This document shows, piece after piece, positions 41,532 to 53,529 of a DNA stretch of 64,000 nucleotides. Location of the stretch: NCBI RefSeq assembly GCF_964355755.1, contig NC_092671.1:11966001-12030000 (forward strand), written 5' to 3'. This DNA is from Antedon mediterranea (lineage: Eukaryota; Animalia; Echinodermata). Under the pieces are notes generated by a model, which ran no database searches, was not told the origin of the DNA, and saw only the letters and a list, made by a program, of their open reading frames with translations. A program made the position numbers and the translations under genes. Within the stretch, counting starts at the first letter, position 1; each line of letters opens with the position of its first letter.

Positions 41532-42724
41532 TCAGGTTGCTAAACAGGGCTATTTTATGCACTAGAACCACTATTAAGGAGACTTATCTTCGGGACTAAA
41601 AAAAAAAGCCAAATTAATGAGGAATGTCCCCTGAATATTGTGGGGGTTGGTCGTGTTAGTGTTTTGTGACATAACAGTCGTAAAGTGTTTCCTTCCTCCT
41701 TAATAGAGGTGTTCAAAGGAGAGGTTCCACTTTATGATGGATTAAAATCAATGAAACAAAATGATCGAGTATTTGATGATTGCCTAAACCAATATCTCAG
41801 TCAGTCATATGAACAACTTACTTCCAAGTGACTCAATACAGATATAAAATCCATCTTTGGAAATACATCGGTGTTTCCCACGTGGGTCGTCCTCACATGG
41901 ATCTCCTATGAAAAAAAAAATTGGCATCAATGAAGCTAGAACTATCGAAAAAATATCAACGTTACATAAGAATGCGACAATTTGTGTTTCCTGTCATTGA
42001 GACTATTGATGGTAGCTATATTATTATATAGGTCTATTCATTACCATTGTAACGACTTACTTCGCATTAATCGATTTACATCCAATGCTATTATATATGA
42101 ACAGACATTCTGTGCCAATAAATGCCAAACATTTGTCCCCTTCATCACATGGATTGACTAATAAGAATAAAAACATAAATAACAATCATAATAACAGAAC
42201 TTTTATTATCAAGATAATCAAAGATATGATTAATTAATAACCTTTATTAGGTCCCTACATGATTAGCGAAAAGCAAGGTTTTCCCCCATCAAGGTCGAAA
42301 AAGAAAAATTGACGTAGTGCGTCGACGGCCGCGGATGGGTTACAAAATATGGCTACACGATTAATCATTGTAAAGACTTACTATATTTAACTTTTCCGTC
42401 TTCCCCATGTACCGTAATCACATGGATTGGCTAGCGATACAAAGGTAACATTTTAAATGTGAAATTTTAATCGATCCAAATACAAATTAATATTATTATT
42501 ATTATACCAAATCTTCGGTTTATACAGTAGTTGAACCAGGTAGGCCAAATACGTATATATGTATAATAATATCAGTAAATCATCTTGACTGAACCTCAGC
42601 TTTTGGTAGGTTATGTCTAAATTTCCAGAATACGATTTAACTGTAACTCTCACTAACATGCGCTAGACAACTCGACGGTTACATACAAAAACATGAATAT
42701 AAGAATAATTGACAATCGAAACAT
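41532..42724 (-). pseudogene. Secreted Cys-rich modular peptide gene, copy 1 (disabled)
   Basis: Signal exon 42658-42724 (MFRLSIILIFMFLYVTVELSSA); module exons 42382-42430 (49 nt, frameshifted), 42061-42157 (97 nt, frameshifted), 41822-41905 (GDPCEDDPRGKHRC..., Cys to Arg); terminal exon CA ACC TGA at 41532-41539. Confidence 0.65.
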
Positions 42725-44527
42725 CTTGTAGAAAGAAGTTTATATCAAGAGGAGTACGTGAAAACAAATATTTTAAAAGTTAAGAATGATGACAATATAG
42801 ATCACAAATAGGCTACAACAATATTGAAAACATTAAATAATGTAAATATGTAAACTGTTAATTAGATCTGAATAGAATGTTTACTCAACTTTATAGTCGT
42901 TAATACAGGTAATTTGTATCGTTACGCAAGCTCTCCGTGGACTAAAAGGTGTGGACCATGTAAACTGGTATTTATTATCTCATCACGCATAAGTTTAAAT
43001 ATATTAATATTAACGCTTATAATATTAGAAAAATTAGAAATACTAAATATACATACATCTGTTTTACAATTAGAATAATAAAACGCCTATCAAATTGATT
43101 AGGCCCTACATACCAGTTCTTCTCGACTTTTTCTGGACTAAAAGGTGTGAACATGTAAACTGGTGTTTTATTATCTCATCACGCATAAGTTTAAATATAT
43201 TAACACTAACGCTTATAATAGAAATATTAGCAATACAAATATACATAGGCCTACATCTGGTTTACAATTAGAATGATAAAACGCTAAATAAATTTCATAC
43301 CAATTCTTTTTTTTTCATTTATTTTTTATTGGACCTTCTTTATAGAGGGTGACTCTAAACAGCATATATGCTGACAATAAAAAAAGTGGTTTAAAAGATA
43401 TGATGAGTAATAAATCAAATATACGTCAAATAATCATGTTCATAATAGTTATTCCGAAGTAATTACTTACTTACCTGAACAATCAACCACGAATCCGTTA
43501 TGATATGAGGGTAATGGTAACACCTGTGTTTTTTTGCGAATGTAATCGCACGAATATTTCTTTACAATCGATAGTTGTCTTTCCACCCTGTATTTCTGTC
43601 TGTTCAGCTTTAGAAAAAAACACCGTGATGTACTAATGAAGGTAACAAAGTGACTTTGTGCTTATTTATTATTCTTGAAGCAAAATTAGCCTCAGCCATA
43701 CGTTTACGATACGAATGCGATATTACATACAGGGGGCGGCCTACATATTTTCCAAACCAACCCTCTCAAGTTTCGCCGATTCAATAATACAAACAAACTT
43801 GAAATGTTACCATTAAGCAGTAAATAAACAAGAATCTCTTTCAATATGGATGAAAGAATCATAAAATATCAGCAGTTCTTGATTTTAGGCGGCATGTGCA
43901 CATTCTTTTTATTCTAGGAATATTAGACGGGTCTAATGAATAGAAAATAATAAAAGAGTTTTATTTGAGACATTTTTATTGTAGGCCTATACATCCATAA
44001 TATAAATTACAATTAATCTTATTTGTTATATCGCAGTTTAACTATTTATTACCGAAAAAAATTGAAGACACAAATTACCTCCGGAAAACGTAGGCCTACA
44101 TACTAAATAATCTATTTCTATAATCTATTTTCTACTTCTTCGAAACGTCTATTTTTATTATCCATTAGCCCTGTTATGGTCTTGCATGCCAGCAAACAAT
44201 GAGGCTGTAATAAGAACAGAATCAATGTATTCACTTGGCAGTCCGTTATGTACAGATAACTATTTCTACAAGAAATTCAATCTATCATCATCAATCACCA
44301 ACTCCATGCCACTCATGTTGATTTCAGTAGAGCCACTGTTAAGGAGACTTATCTTAGGGACTAAAAAAAAAAACCGCCCTCCTTAATGAGGAATGTCCCC
44401 TGAACTGTGGTTGGTCGTGTTAGTGTTTTGTGACATAACATCCATAAAGTGTCCCCTTTCTCCTAAATAGAGGTGTTCAAAAGAGGGGTCCCACTTTATG
44501 ATGGTTAAAATCATTTGAACAACTTAC

Positions 44528-46041
44528 TTCCAAATGACTCAAAACAGATATAAAATCCATCTTCGGAAATACATCGGTGTCGCCCACATGGGTTGTCGTC
44601 GGGGTCGTCTTTCTTACATGGATCTCCTATGAAAAAAAGTCGGCATCAATGAAGCTGGAACTATCGAAAAAATATCAATAAGAGTGTGTCTCCTGTCATT
44701 GATAGGGGACTATTGTGGCTATATTATTATATTACATAGGCTATGTAAATACGCGAACGTGATTGGTTGAAACTGCATCACATGACTACCGCTGCGAGGA
44801 TCGTAAATCGTATATATCCTCGAGAACGATGATATTGACTGTGTAATTTTCGCGTAATAATCGTGTCCCCTGTCATTAATCATATAAATTCTCGAGTACG
44901 ATGATATTGACTGTGTAATTTTCGTGTGCAACACTCGAGTTTGCCGATAAATAAACAAAAGTCATCTACTCGATCTTGAACTCGGGTGGGATTGTCACTC
45001 CATCGCAAGACAACGTTTCATCCGCTGGGCCACGGAATTTGCTTGAAGAAATTAATCTTCTAAACTATTTAAGCTATGCATACATAGCGCCCTCATTTGT
45101 TATAAGTCCACCCTAAATGTGATGAAACACCGTTTGTGATTGGTCAATACTCACGGTAGTAACCTAGTAACTAGTACGCGCTGAACATCCGGTGATTCGG
45201 CTCCTCGAAGATCGAGAGAAGATAATATTATTATTAATACTAATAGGCTTATTGATGGAAATTCTTCTGTTAATTTAAACGACCTAGGCCTAAGTGAATA
45301 TTTTATTGCCAAGGAATCATTAATTAGTAATTATCTGTATATTATTCTTCGCAAGGTAAGGTGTCTAGGCAGGCTTGTTTTAAATACAATACAAATACTA
45401 TAGGAGGCCTAGCCTAGCTTCACCCAACCCAGCAGACTTGTTCTTGGCTATATAATATAACAGATATTGCCTTGGGAATGATATTAAGTTCTCGGGGAAT
45501 ATATATTTCCCTCAGCTGGCGCTTCGGGAAATATATATTCCCTCGAACTTAATATCATTCCCTCGGGGATGTCAAATCTTATATTTAACCTCTAAGCAGT
45601 CAATATCTGTATAATATATCATTACCATTATAACGACTTACCACTATCACTTCGCCTAATCGATTTACATCGAAGGGTACTATCTATGAACATACATTCT
45701 GTGTCACTAAATTCCAAACATTCTTCACATTGATTGACTAATAATAAGAATAAAAACATAGATAGATTAAAATCATAATAACAGAATTTAATTATCAAGA
45801 TAATCAAAGATATGATTAATGCTGGTCCATCCTTTTTATAGGCCCCTACATGATTAGCGAAAAGCAATGTTTGCTCCCATCATTGTAGAAAAAGAAAAAT
45901 TGACATAGTGCGTCGACGGCCGCGGATGGGTTACAAAATATGACAACACGATTAATCATTGTAAAGACTTACTACATTTAACTTTTCCATCTTCGAACAG
46001 ACACATGTCATCTCCACATGCACTGTTATCACATGGATTGG
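44528..46041 (-). CDS. Cys-rich module exons, copy 2 (three intact phase-1 exons; no signal exon of its own)
   Basis: 45973-46041 NPCDNSACGDDMCLFEDGKVKC; 45642-45737 NQCEECLEFSDTECMFIDSTLRCKSIRRSDS; 44528-44626 GDPCKKDDPDDNPCGRHRCISEDGFYICFESFG; all AG/GTAAGT-bounded with lengths divisible by 3. Confidence 0.6.
44730..45617. mobile_element. Insertion unique to copy 2 with a long terminal palindrome (possibly Crypton-like, non-autonomous)
   Basis: Absent from copies 1 and 3; contains a 34-bp direct repeat (CTCGAG.ACGATGATATTGACTGTGTAATTTTCG x2) and nested inverted repeats at ~45455-45615. Confidence 0.5.
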
Positions 46042-46148
46042 CTAGCGATACAAAGGTAAAATTATTATTATTTTTTTGATGAAATAAAATAAAATAAAAA
46101 TAAATAAATAAATTAACATTTTAAATGTGAAATATTAATCGATCCAAA

Positions 46149-46418
46149 TTATTATTATTGTTATTGTTATTGTTGTTGTTATTGTTGTTGTTGTTGTTGT
46201 TATATTTATTATTGTTGTTATATTTTTATTATTATTATTATCATCATCATGATCATCATCATTATCATGATCATCATCATCATCATCATCAACATCATGA
46301 TCATCATCATCATCATGATCATGATCATCATCATGATCATCTTCATGATCATCATCATCATGATCATGATCATCATGATCATCATCATCATCATCATCAT
46401 CATAATCATCATCATCAT

Positions 46419-46460
<42 letters not shown>
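46149..46460. repeat. Compound trinucleotide microsatellite (TTA/TTG then CAT)
   Basis: Directly visible (TTA)n(TTG)n(CAT)n runs; these produce the spurious poly-H, poly-M and poly-I ORFs. Confidence 0.97.
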
Positions 46461-46461
<1 letters not shown>

Positions 46462-46727
46462 TTTAAAGCTTATTAGGCTATTTTATGCAGTAGAGCCACT
46501 GTTAAGGAGACTTATCTTCGGGAATAAAACAATCTGCTCCCTTATTGAGGAATGTTTCCTGAATTGTGGTTGGTCGTTTATTGTTTTGTGACATAACCAC
46601 CATAAACTGTCCCCTTCTTCCTTATTAGGGGTGCTCAAAAGAGGGGTTCCACTTTAGGATGGTTAAAATCAATGAAACAAAAGTATCGAGTCCGTGATGA
46701 TTGCATAAATCTATATCACAGTCATAT

Positions 46728-49700
46728 TGGTACGGCTCACCTGTTAGTTTAGTGCCCTCTATAATTAAAAGTTGTCTAATATGTCCGCGCACAAAGATAA
46801 TGTGTTCTATGCGTAGGTCTATTTAGAAGAGATACAAACTTGAAACCATCATCACCATCAGTAAAGTCAGTCTTTATTCAATAGCTGATCATCATCAGCG
46901 TCATTATCGTGATTTTCATCACATCGGCAAGTTGCCATGGCCATTGCCATTGAGATTGAATAAAGTGTTTGATGCGTTACAAGTTACCTAAAGATTGTTT
47001 ATTTGATCGTTCAAGTGAAACCTACGCCCAACAGTAGAGGCTGTTACAGTTTCAAGTTTATATTCTAAAGTACGATGGCGTTATCAGATGAACGAGAACA
47101 CAAGTCCACTATCAAGGGACAAGAATATGCTACCGAAATGAAGTATAAAGCTCTTGGTATAGCCTGGAAGAACCTACAGAAAGGTTCGGAGGAGCTGAGA
47201 AACTATATGAATGAGAATCCGCCAGTGACAGAATCAAGATTACGATACACAAAGTGGATTACTTCTTATGAAGCAATCATCCTGGCTAATGACCAATATT
47301 GCAACACACTTAACGAAGATGCCCTGAAAGATCATGACAATGATTGGTTTTGTGAAAAAACTGTTTATGCAGAAAATAGAAAGTCGGAAGCAGAAGGAAG
47401 TAGTACAGCCTGTGGCAGGGAAGGCAAAGACATCCAATTCTCGTAGTAGTATGGGATCTGTGGCTAGAAGACAGGAAGAGTTGAAGCGGTTAGAAGAATT
47501 GAAGGCATTAACAAGTATGGAGGAATCTGTGACATACAATGATGGACATTACCATGTTGCTATGCCTTGGAAGGCTTCCCCATCAACATTACCAAACAAT
47601 CGTGTATTGGCCGAGCGCCGACTCGAAACGTTGCAGACACCCACAGAAAGTACACAGAATTTATGGAAACGTTAGTGGACAAGGAAGGTTTCGGAGGTCA
47701 TCGATGGATCAATTCCAAAATGGTATCTTCCGCACCACCCAGTTTTACACCCGCAGAAACCGGGAAAGCTAAGGGTTGTGTTTGACTGCTCTGCCAAGTT
47801 TCACGGAGTATGCCTAAATGACAAGTTAAACCAGGGACCAGACCTTACCAATTCATTAGTTGGAGTTTTAATGAGATTCCGTAGCTCTCCAGTTGCCTCT
47901 TGTGCCGATATTGAGAAAATGTTTTACCAGGTCAAGGTAAAGGAACAGGACTCAGACTTTCTCCGCTACTTGTGGTGGGAAATGGGAGATCTGAAGAAGG
48001 CACCACAGGAATACCAGATGCTAGTGCACCTGTTTGGTGTCCGATCATCTCCAAGTTGCGCCAACTTTGCGTTGAAGAAAACGATAAAGGACCATGGAAA
48101 GGACTACGATCCAATAATCACGCAGATAGCAGATAGGCATTTTTATGTTGACGATCTTCTATATGCGACAGACGACGAACAATGTGCTATTGATATAGCC
48201 ATTCAAGTAAAACAGTTGCTGGCAAGAGGAGGCTTCAACCTGACGAAATGGGTTTCAAACTCGAGTAAACTAGTGAGCACGCTGAGAGATAAGGGAGATC
48301 CAAACTCAGTTTCCTTATGTGGTGGAGACCAGCAACGTGCCTTGGGTGTTCGCTGGTTTGTCAGTGAAGATAGCTTGGGATATACTATATCTCCAACAAC
48401 AAAGCCTGCGACTCGAAGGGGTATCCTGTCAGTTGTTTCGTCTGTATTTGACCCGTTAGGGCTGGTATCACCGTTTATCCTCAAGGCAAAGTTATTGATG
48501 CAGGAGCTCTGTCGACTTGGTTATGATTGGGATTCAACAATCTCAATTGAATATAAGACTAGATGGCAACAGTGGCTATCCGATCTGAAGAAGTTGGAGA
48601 CTATTCGAATTCAACGATGCTACAAATCTGCAGAGTTTGGGACCGTAGTACGTCGTGAACTGCATAGCTTAGGAGATGCGTCATCCACAAGTTACGGAGC
48701 AGCATCATATCTCTACCAGAAGGATGAATCTGGCAACGTAAACCGCACCCTTGTTGCAGCAAAGTCCAGATTGGCTCCTCTTAAAGCTCAAACAATTCCC
48801 AGACTGGAGTTGAAGGCTGCACTGTTATCAGCACGCTTGGACACAATGATAAGAGAAGAGCTTAAGGAAATTAAAATTGACCAGTCCGTGTGCTGGACCG
48901 ACAGCACATGTGTGCTCAGATATCTGAGCAACGACAAAACCAGGTTCAAAACATACGTGGGAAATCGAGTTTCGGCAATCCTAAGTAGGACGAACAAGGA
49001 CCAATGGAGGTTCGTGAATTCAGCTGAAAATTCGGCCGACCTAGCTTCCCGTGGGATGACGGCAGAGGAAATGATGATGAGTGAAATGTGGTATTGCGGT
49101 TCAAAATTTTCGCACACAAAATGATTCCTAGTGGCCAGAGATGTCAGACGATCTCGCCCTCAGAATGAATGACCCTGAAGTGAAGGCCGTAACAGCGTTA
49201 GTTGTGGCAGAAATCAACACCACTCTGGATAAACTAACGTAACTTCACAGTTTTCAAGTTGGAAGACACTGAGTGAGTGGAACCTCTCTCAGTAGATGAA
49301 CTGAAGGAGGCAGAACTGGTACTCATCAGACGTGCCCAGAAGCGTTCGTATTCTGAGGAATTCAGAAGCTTAGAGACAGGCAAGACAATAAAGTCAACTA
49401 GTCCACTAATTAAGTTGGACCCGAAATTAGAAAATGGTGTATTGAAGGTTGGAGGTCGACTGAGTATGGCCAATGTTAGTGAAGATCTGAAACATCAAAT
49501 CATACTACCAAAGTCCAGTGATCTGACTATACTCATCTTAAGACACTACCACAACTGTACTGGGCACTCAGGCGTGAATCATGTTCTATCTGAGCTGAGG
49601 CAAATTTACTGGCCAGTAGGAGGACGAACAATGATCAAAGGGATCAGTAGGAAATGCGTTCAATGCAGAAGAAGAAATGCTCCGACAGCACATCAGAAAA

Positions 49701-50965
49701 TGGCTGATCTGCCAGCTGAGAGAGTTACACCAGCCCACCCGCCTTTTACCTTTGTGGGGATTGATTGCTTTGGACCATTTAAGGTTAAAAATGCTAGATC
49801 AGTACTGAAAAGATATGGAGTGATTTTTACCTGCTTATCAATCAGAGCAGTGCATCTGGAAGTCGCATCATCATTGGACACAAACTCATTCTTAAATGCT
49901 TATCGACGTTTCGTTAGGAGAGGCGTACCGAAGCATATCCGGTCTGACAATGGAAGAAATTTTGTTATGGAGCTTTGGTCGGCCATTAATGATTGGAATC
50001 AAGGACAGATACACCAGTACCTCTAGGAGAATCACGTGAAATGGAAATTCAATCCTCCGGCAGCTTCCCATCAAGGCGGGGTTTGGGAAAGATGCATTCG
50101 CACGGTACGCAAGGTGCTCAGCTCGCTGATGGAAGAACAAACAATCAACGATGAAACATTGCAGAGGCTTTTCTGTGAAGTCGAAACGATAGTGAATGGG
50201 AGACCAATAACAAAGGCGTCAGATGTGTAAGAAACAGCAGAATGTTGCGAATGGCGACATTGTGTTTTGGTTCATGACCCATCGGTTCCACGATGCTCGT
50301 GGCCGCTTGCTCGAGTGATAGAAGTGCTCCAGAATGATTCAGATGGAATGGTGCGTTCTGTGAGATTGAAAACGTCGGTTGGAACTCTAGTAAGATCAAT
50401 CACTAAGATCATACTTCTAGAAGTCAACGGAAATGATTAGACATGCACATTGTGAGATGTTTGCCAGTGATATATTTGAATTTTGACTTATGTGAACTTT
50501 ATAAGAGACTTATTGACTTATTACCTTTTATTGTTTGTCGTTACCCGTAACATATGTATATATATAGTAAAGGTTCGATTTAATCGCCTTTAAGGGGCCG
50601 GGATGTTACGGTCACCTCAGAGCCATAATTATATTTATATATATGGCTCTGGGTCACCTGTTAGTTTAGCGCCCTCTATAATTAAAAGTTGTCTAATATG
50701 TCCGCTCACAAAGATAATGTGTTCTATGCGTAGGTCTATCTAGAAGAGATACAAACTTGAAACCATCATCACCATCAGTAAAGTCAGTCTTTATTCAATA
50801 GCTGATCATCATCAGCGTCATTTTCGTGATCTTCATCACATCGGAAAGTTGCCATGGCCATCGCCATTGAGAATTGAATAAAGTGTTTGATGCGTTACAA
50901 GTTGTCTGAGATTGTTTATTTGATCGTTCAAGTGAAACCTACGCCCAACAGTAGAGGTTGTTACA
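46728..50965 (+). mobile_element. BEL/Pao LTR retrotransposon, internally deleted and frameshifted
   Basis: LTRs 46728-47048 and 50604-50965 (TG...CA); 5-bp TSD CATAT; PPT AAGGGGCCGGGA; pol motifs [60 protein letters not shown]...CVQC, DCFGP, RSDNG, GGVWER. Confidence 0.95.
50618..50651. mobile_element. 34-bp hairpin mini-transposon in the 3' LTR
   Basis: CAGAGCCATA-AT-rich core-TATGGCTCTG with 8-bp TSD GGTCACCT (50610-50617, 50652-50659); absent from the 5' LTR. Confidence 0.8.
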
Positions 50966-50981
50966 CATATGAACAACTTAC

Positions 50982-51901
50982 TTCCAATTGACTCAATACA
51001 GATATAAAATCCATCTTCGGAAAGACATCGGTGTTGCCCACATGGGTCGCCCTCACATGGATCTCCTATGAAAAAAAAAAGTCGGCATCAATGAAGCTAG
51101 AACTATCGAAAAAATATCTATATTATTATATTATATAAGAGTGTCTCCTGTCATTGATAGGGGACTATTGATGGTGGCTATATTATTATATAGGCCTATT
51201 CATTACCATTATAACGACTTACCACCATCACTTCGTCGCCTAATCGATTGACATCCAATGCTACTAATACTATATATGAACATACATTCCGTGTTACTAA
51301 ATTCCAAACATTTGTCCCCTTCATCACATGGATTGACTAATAGAATAAAAACATAGATAAAAATCATAATAACAGAACTTTTATTATCAAGATAATCAAA
51401 GATATGATTAATGCTGGTCCATACTTTATTAGGCACCTACATGATTGCGAAAAGCAATGTTTGCTCCCATCAAGGTCGAAAAAGAAAAATTGATGTAGTG
51501 CGTCGACGGCCGCGGATGGGTTACAAAATATGACTACACGATTAATCATTGTAAAGACTTACTACATTTAACATTTCCATCTTCCACATCACCGTAATCA
51601 CATGGATTGGCTAGCGATACAAAGGTAACATTTTAAATGTGAAATATTAATCAATTTAACTACAAATTAATATTATTATTATTATACCAAACCTTCGGTT
51701 TATTCAGTAGTTGGACCAGGTAGGCCAAATACGTATATATGTATAATAATATCAGTAAATCATCTTGACCGAACCTCAGCTTTTGGTAGGTTATGTCTAA
51801 ATTGCCAGAATACGATTTAACTGTAACTCTCACTAACCTGCGCTAGACAACTCGACGGTTACATACAAAAACATAAATAGAATAACTGACAATCGAAACA
51901 T
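50982..51901 (-). CDS. Secreted Cys-rich modular peptide gene, copy 3 (signal peptide plus three modules, frame intact)
   Basis: 51838-51901 MFRLSVILFMFLYVTVELSSA; 51563-51610 ANPCDYGDVEDGNVKC; 51223-51336 INPCDEGDKCLEFSNTECMFIYSISSIGCQSIRRRSDG; 50982-51065 GDPCEGDPCGQHRCLSEDGFYICIESIG; all junctions phase 1 with GT-AG. Confidence 0.65.
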
Positions 51902-52064
51902 CTTGGAGAAAGAAGTCTATATTAAGAGGATTAAGTGAAGAAAAACAAATATTTTAAAAGTTAAGAATGATGACAATATAGATCACAAATACAACAATAT
52001 TGAAAACATAGAATAATGTAAATATGTAAACTGTTAATTAGATCTGAATAGAATGTTTACTCAC

Positions 52065-52165
52065 CTTAGTCGTTAATACAGGTAATTTGTATCGTTACGC
52101 AAGCTCTCCGTAGACTAAAAGGTGTGGACCATGTAAACTGGTATTTATTATCTCATCACGCATAA
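52065..52165 (-). promoter_or_regulatory. Putative core promoter and 5' UTR exon of the peptide gene
   Basis: On the minus strand: AGATAA, then AATAAATA (52143-52150) about 30 nt upstream of an Inr-like TTAGTC (52113-52118), then donor AAG|GTGAGT at 52065; homologous blocks near 42940, 43135 and 55750. Confidence 0.4.
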
Positions 52166-52437
52166 GTTTAAATATATTAACACTAACTGTTATAATAGAA
52201 AGATTAGCAATACAAATATACATACATCTGTTTTAGAATTTGAATAATAAAACGCCAAATAAATTACATACCATTTATTCTTTAATTAATTATTATTTAA
52301 TTATTCTTTTTTTTTCATTTATTTTTTGTTTAACAACCTTTTTTTATAGAAGGTGACTCTTCTAAACAACATATGCTGACAATCAATATTTATCGATGAT
52401 GTTTGCGCTTCCCACTTTTATTCGATTGAGGTAATTT

Positions 52438-53187
52438 AAAACAAGGCCAACAGCCATTAAGTCGTATGATACAATGCATAGTGATACCGGACCGACAGAC
52501 AGACCGACAGACAGACCGACATAGTGAACTATACTGACCGAAATTACTGAACATGTTTAAAAATGTTGAAATGTTTAAAAACATTTATATTTTTTTAATT
52601 TACACGTGCGTAGCCTGTCACTTTTGACGTGCTCGTATAACGTAATTTCTAGTTGAAAAGTAAGTCAAGAAAACAGAAATCGGGCAAAAAGAGTGTGTAA
52701 TAACATTTAACGCGCAGTGCGCGCGCAAAAATCTGCGCACTCATGGCAATTTTGTAAACGCTTAAAATTGCCCGAAACGTACTCTTATTTCATCGAAAAT
52801 AAATTTTGAAAATTTTAAGCGCGCGTACGCATGCGTTACATGCGCTACGCACGTAATTGTATTGCCATATGATGATTTATGCCCTGAAATTTATGAGTAC
52901 CAAATTTTATTTAATTGTGATTCATGGTTGTGAAGATATGATTACAAACGCGTAATTTTTTATTGCGCACCGTGAAAACATAACCACATCGATTCCTGGC
53001 CATAAGGAATATACTGTGAAAAATTGACTTAGCTAGATTAAACTGATATCAAGATAAGGTCAGAAAGCGATAACACGCATAGTGATACCGGACCGACAGA
53101 CAGACCGACAGACCGACAGACAGACCGACAAACAGACCGACCGACATAGTGAACTATTATATAGAGTCGCGTCCACGCGACTAAAAA
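52438..53187. mobile_element. Helentron-associated (HINE/DINE-1-like) non-autonomous element
   Basis: Two (GACA/GACC)n tracts bracketed by GCATAGTGATACCGG and ATAGTGAACTAT; terminal hairpin AGTCGCGTCCACGCGACT followed by an A-run. Confidence 0.65.
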
Positions 53188-53529
53188 AATATTTTAAAAA
53201 CAAGAGTGACTCTCTAGTACACAGTGCAAACAATTAAGTTGACTCAGGTTTTCAAGTCGTATTTTGTAATAAGTTTATGAATAGAAATATAAGAAAAAAA
53301 GCCACATATAGTTTTGATCTTTATTTATTAGATTTATTATATACAATTTATATGTCAGAGATTAGAATCAGTGAGTTCTGCCTGAAATCCCAACTCAATT
53401 TGCTACGGTACGGTAATAGTTCCTACATCCGGGAAATGCGAGTGATGTTCAAAACTGTCTATGTAAGCTTTATAGAATCTTTAAATTTTAAATTTGGAAT
53501 TGAAAAATATTGTTTGTATTAAAATGAAA

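Larger units (their letters stand above)
39245..52385. repeat. Tandem segmental duplication: three related copies (~39245-43372, ~43373-46150, ~46470-52385)
   Basis: Collinear shared blocks, e.g. TAGTGCGTCGACGGCCGCGGATGGGTTACAAAATAT near 42315, 45906 and 51496; CAGATATAAAATCCATCTT near 41839, 44545 and 50999; GGCGGCATGTGCACATTC near 39675 and 43888. Confidence 0.92.

Noticed and set aside
46158-46476. Poly-His, poly-Met and poly-Ile ORFs
   Set aside because: Products of the trinucleotide microsatellite.
47049-47075. tRNA primer-binding site of the BEL element
   Set aside because: No TGG-initiated tRNA-complementary sequence is recognisable after the 5' LTR.
51364-51549. ORF containing FCNPSAAVDALHQFFFF, conserved in all three repeat copies
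   Set aside because: Lies in the intron between module exons and lacks a good acceptor; conservation is explained by recent duplication.
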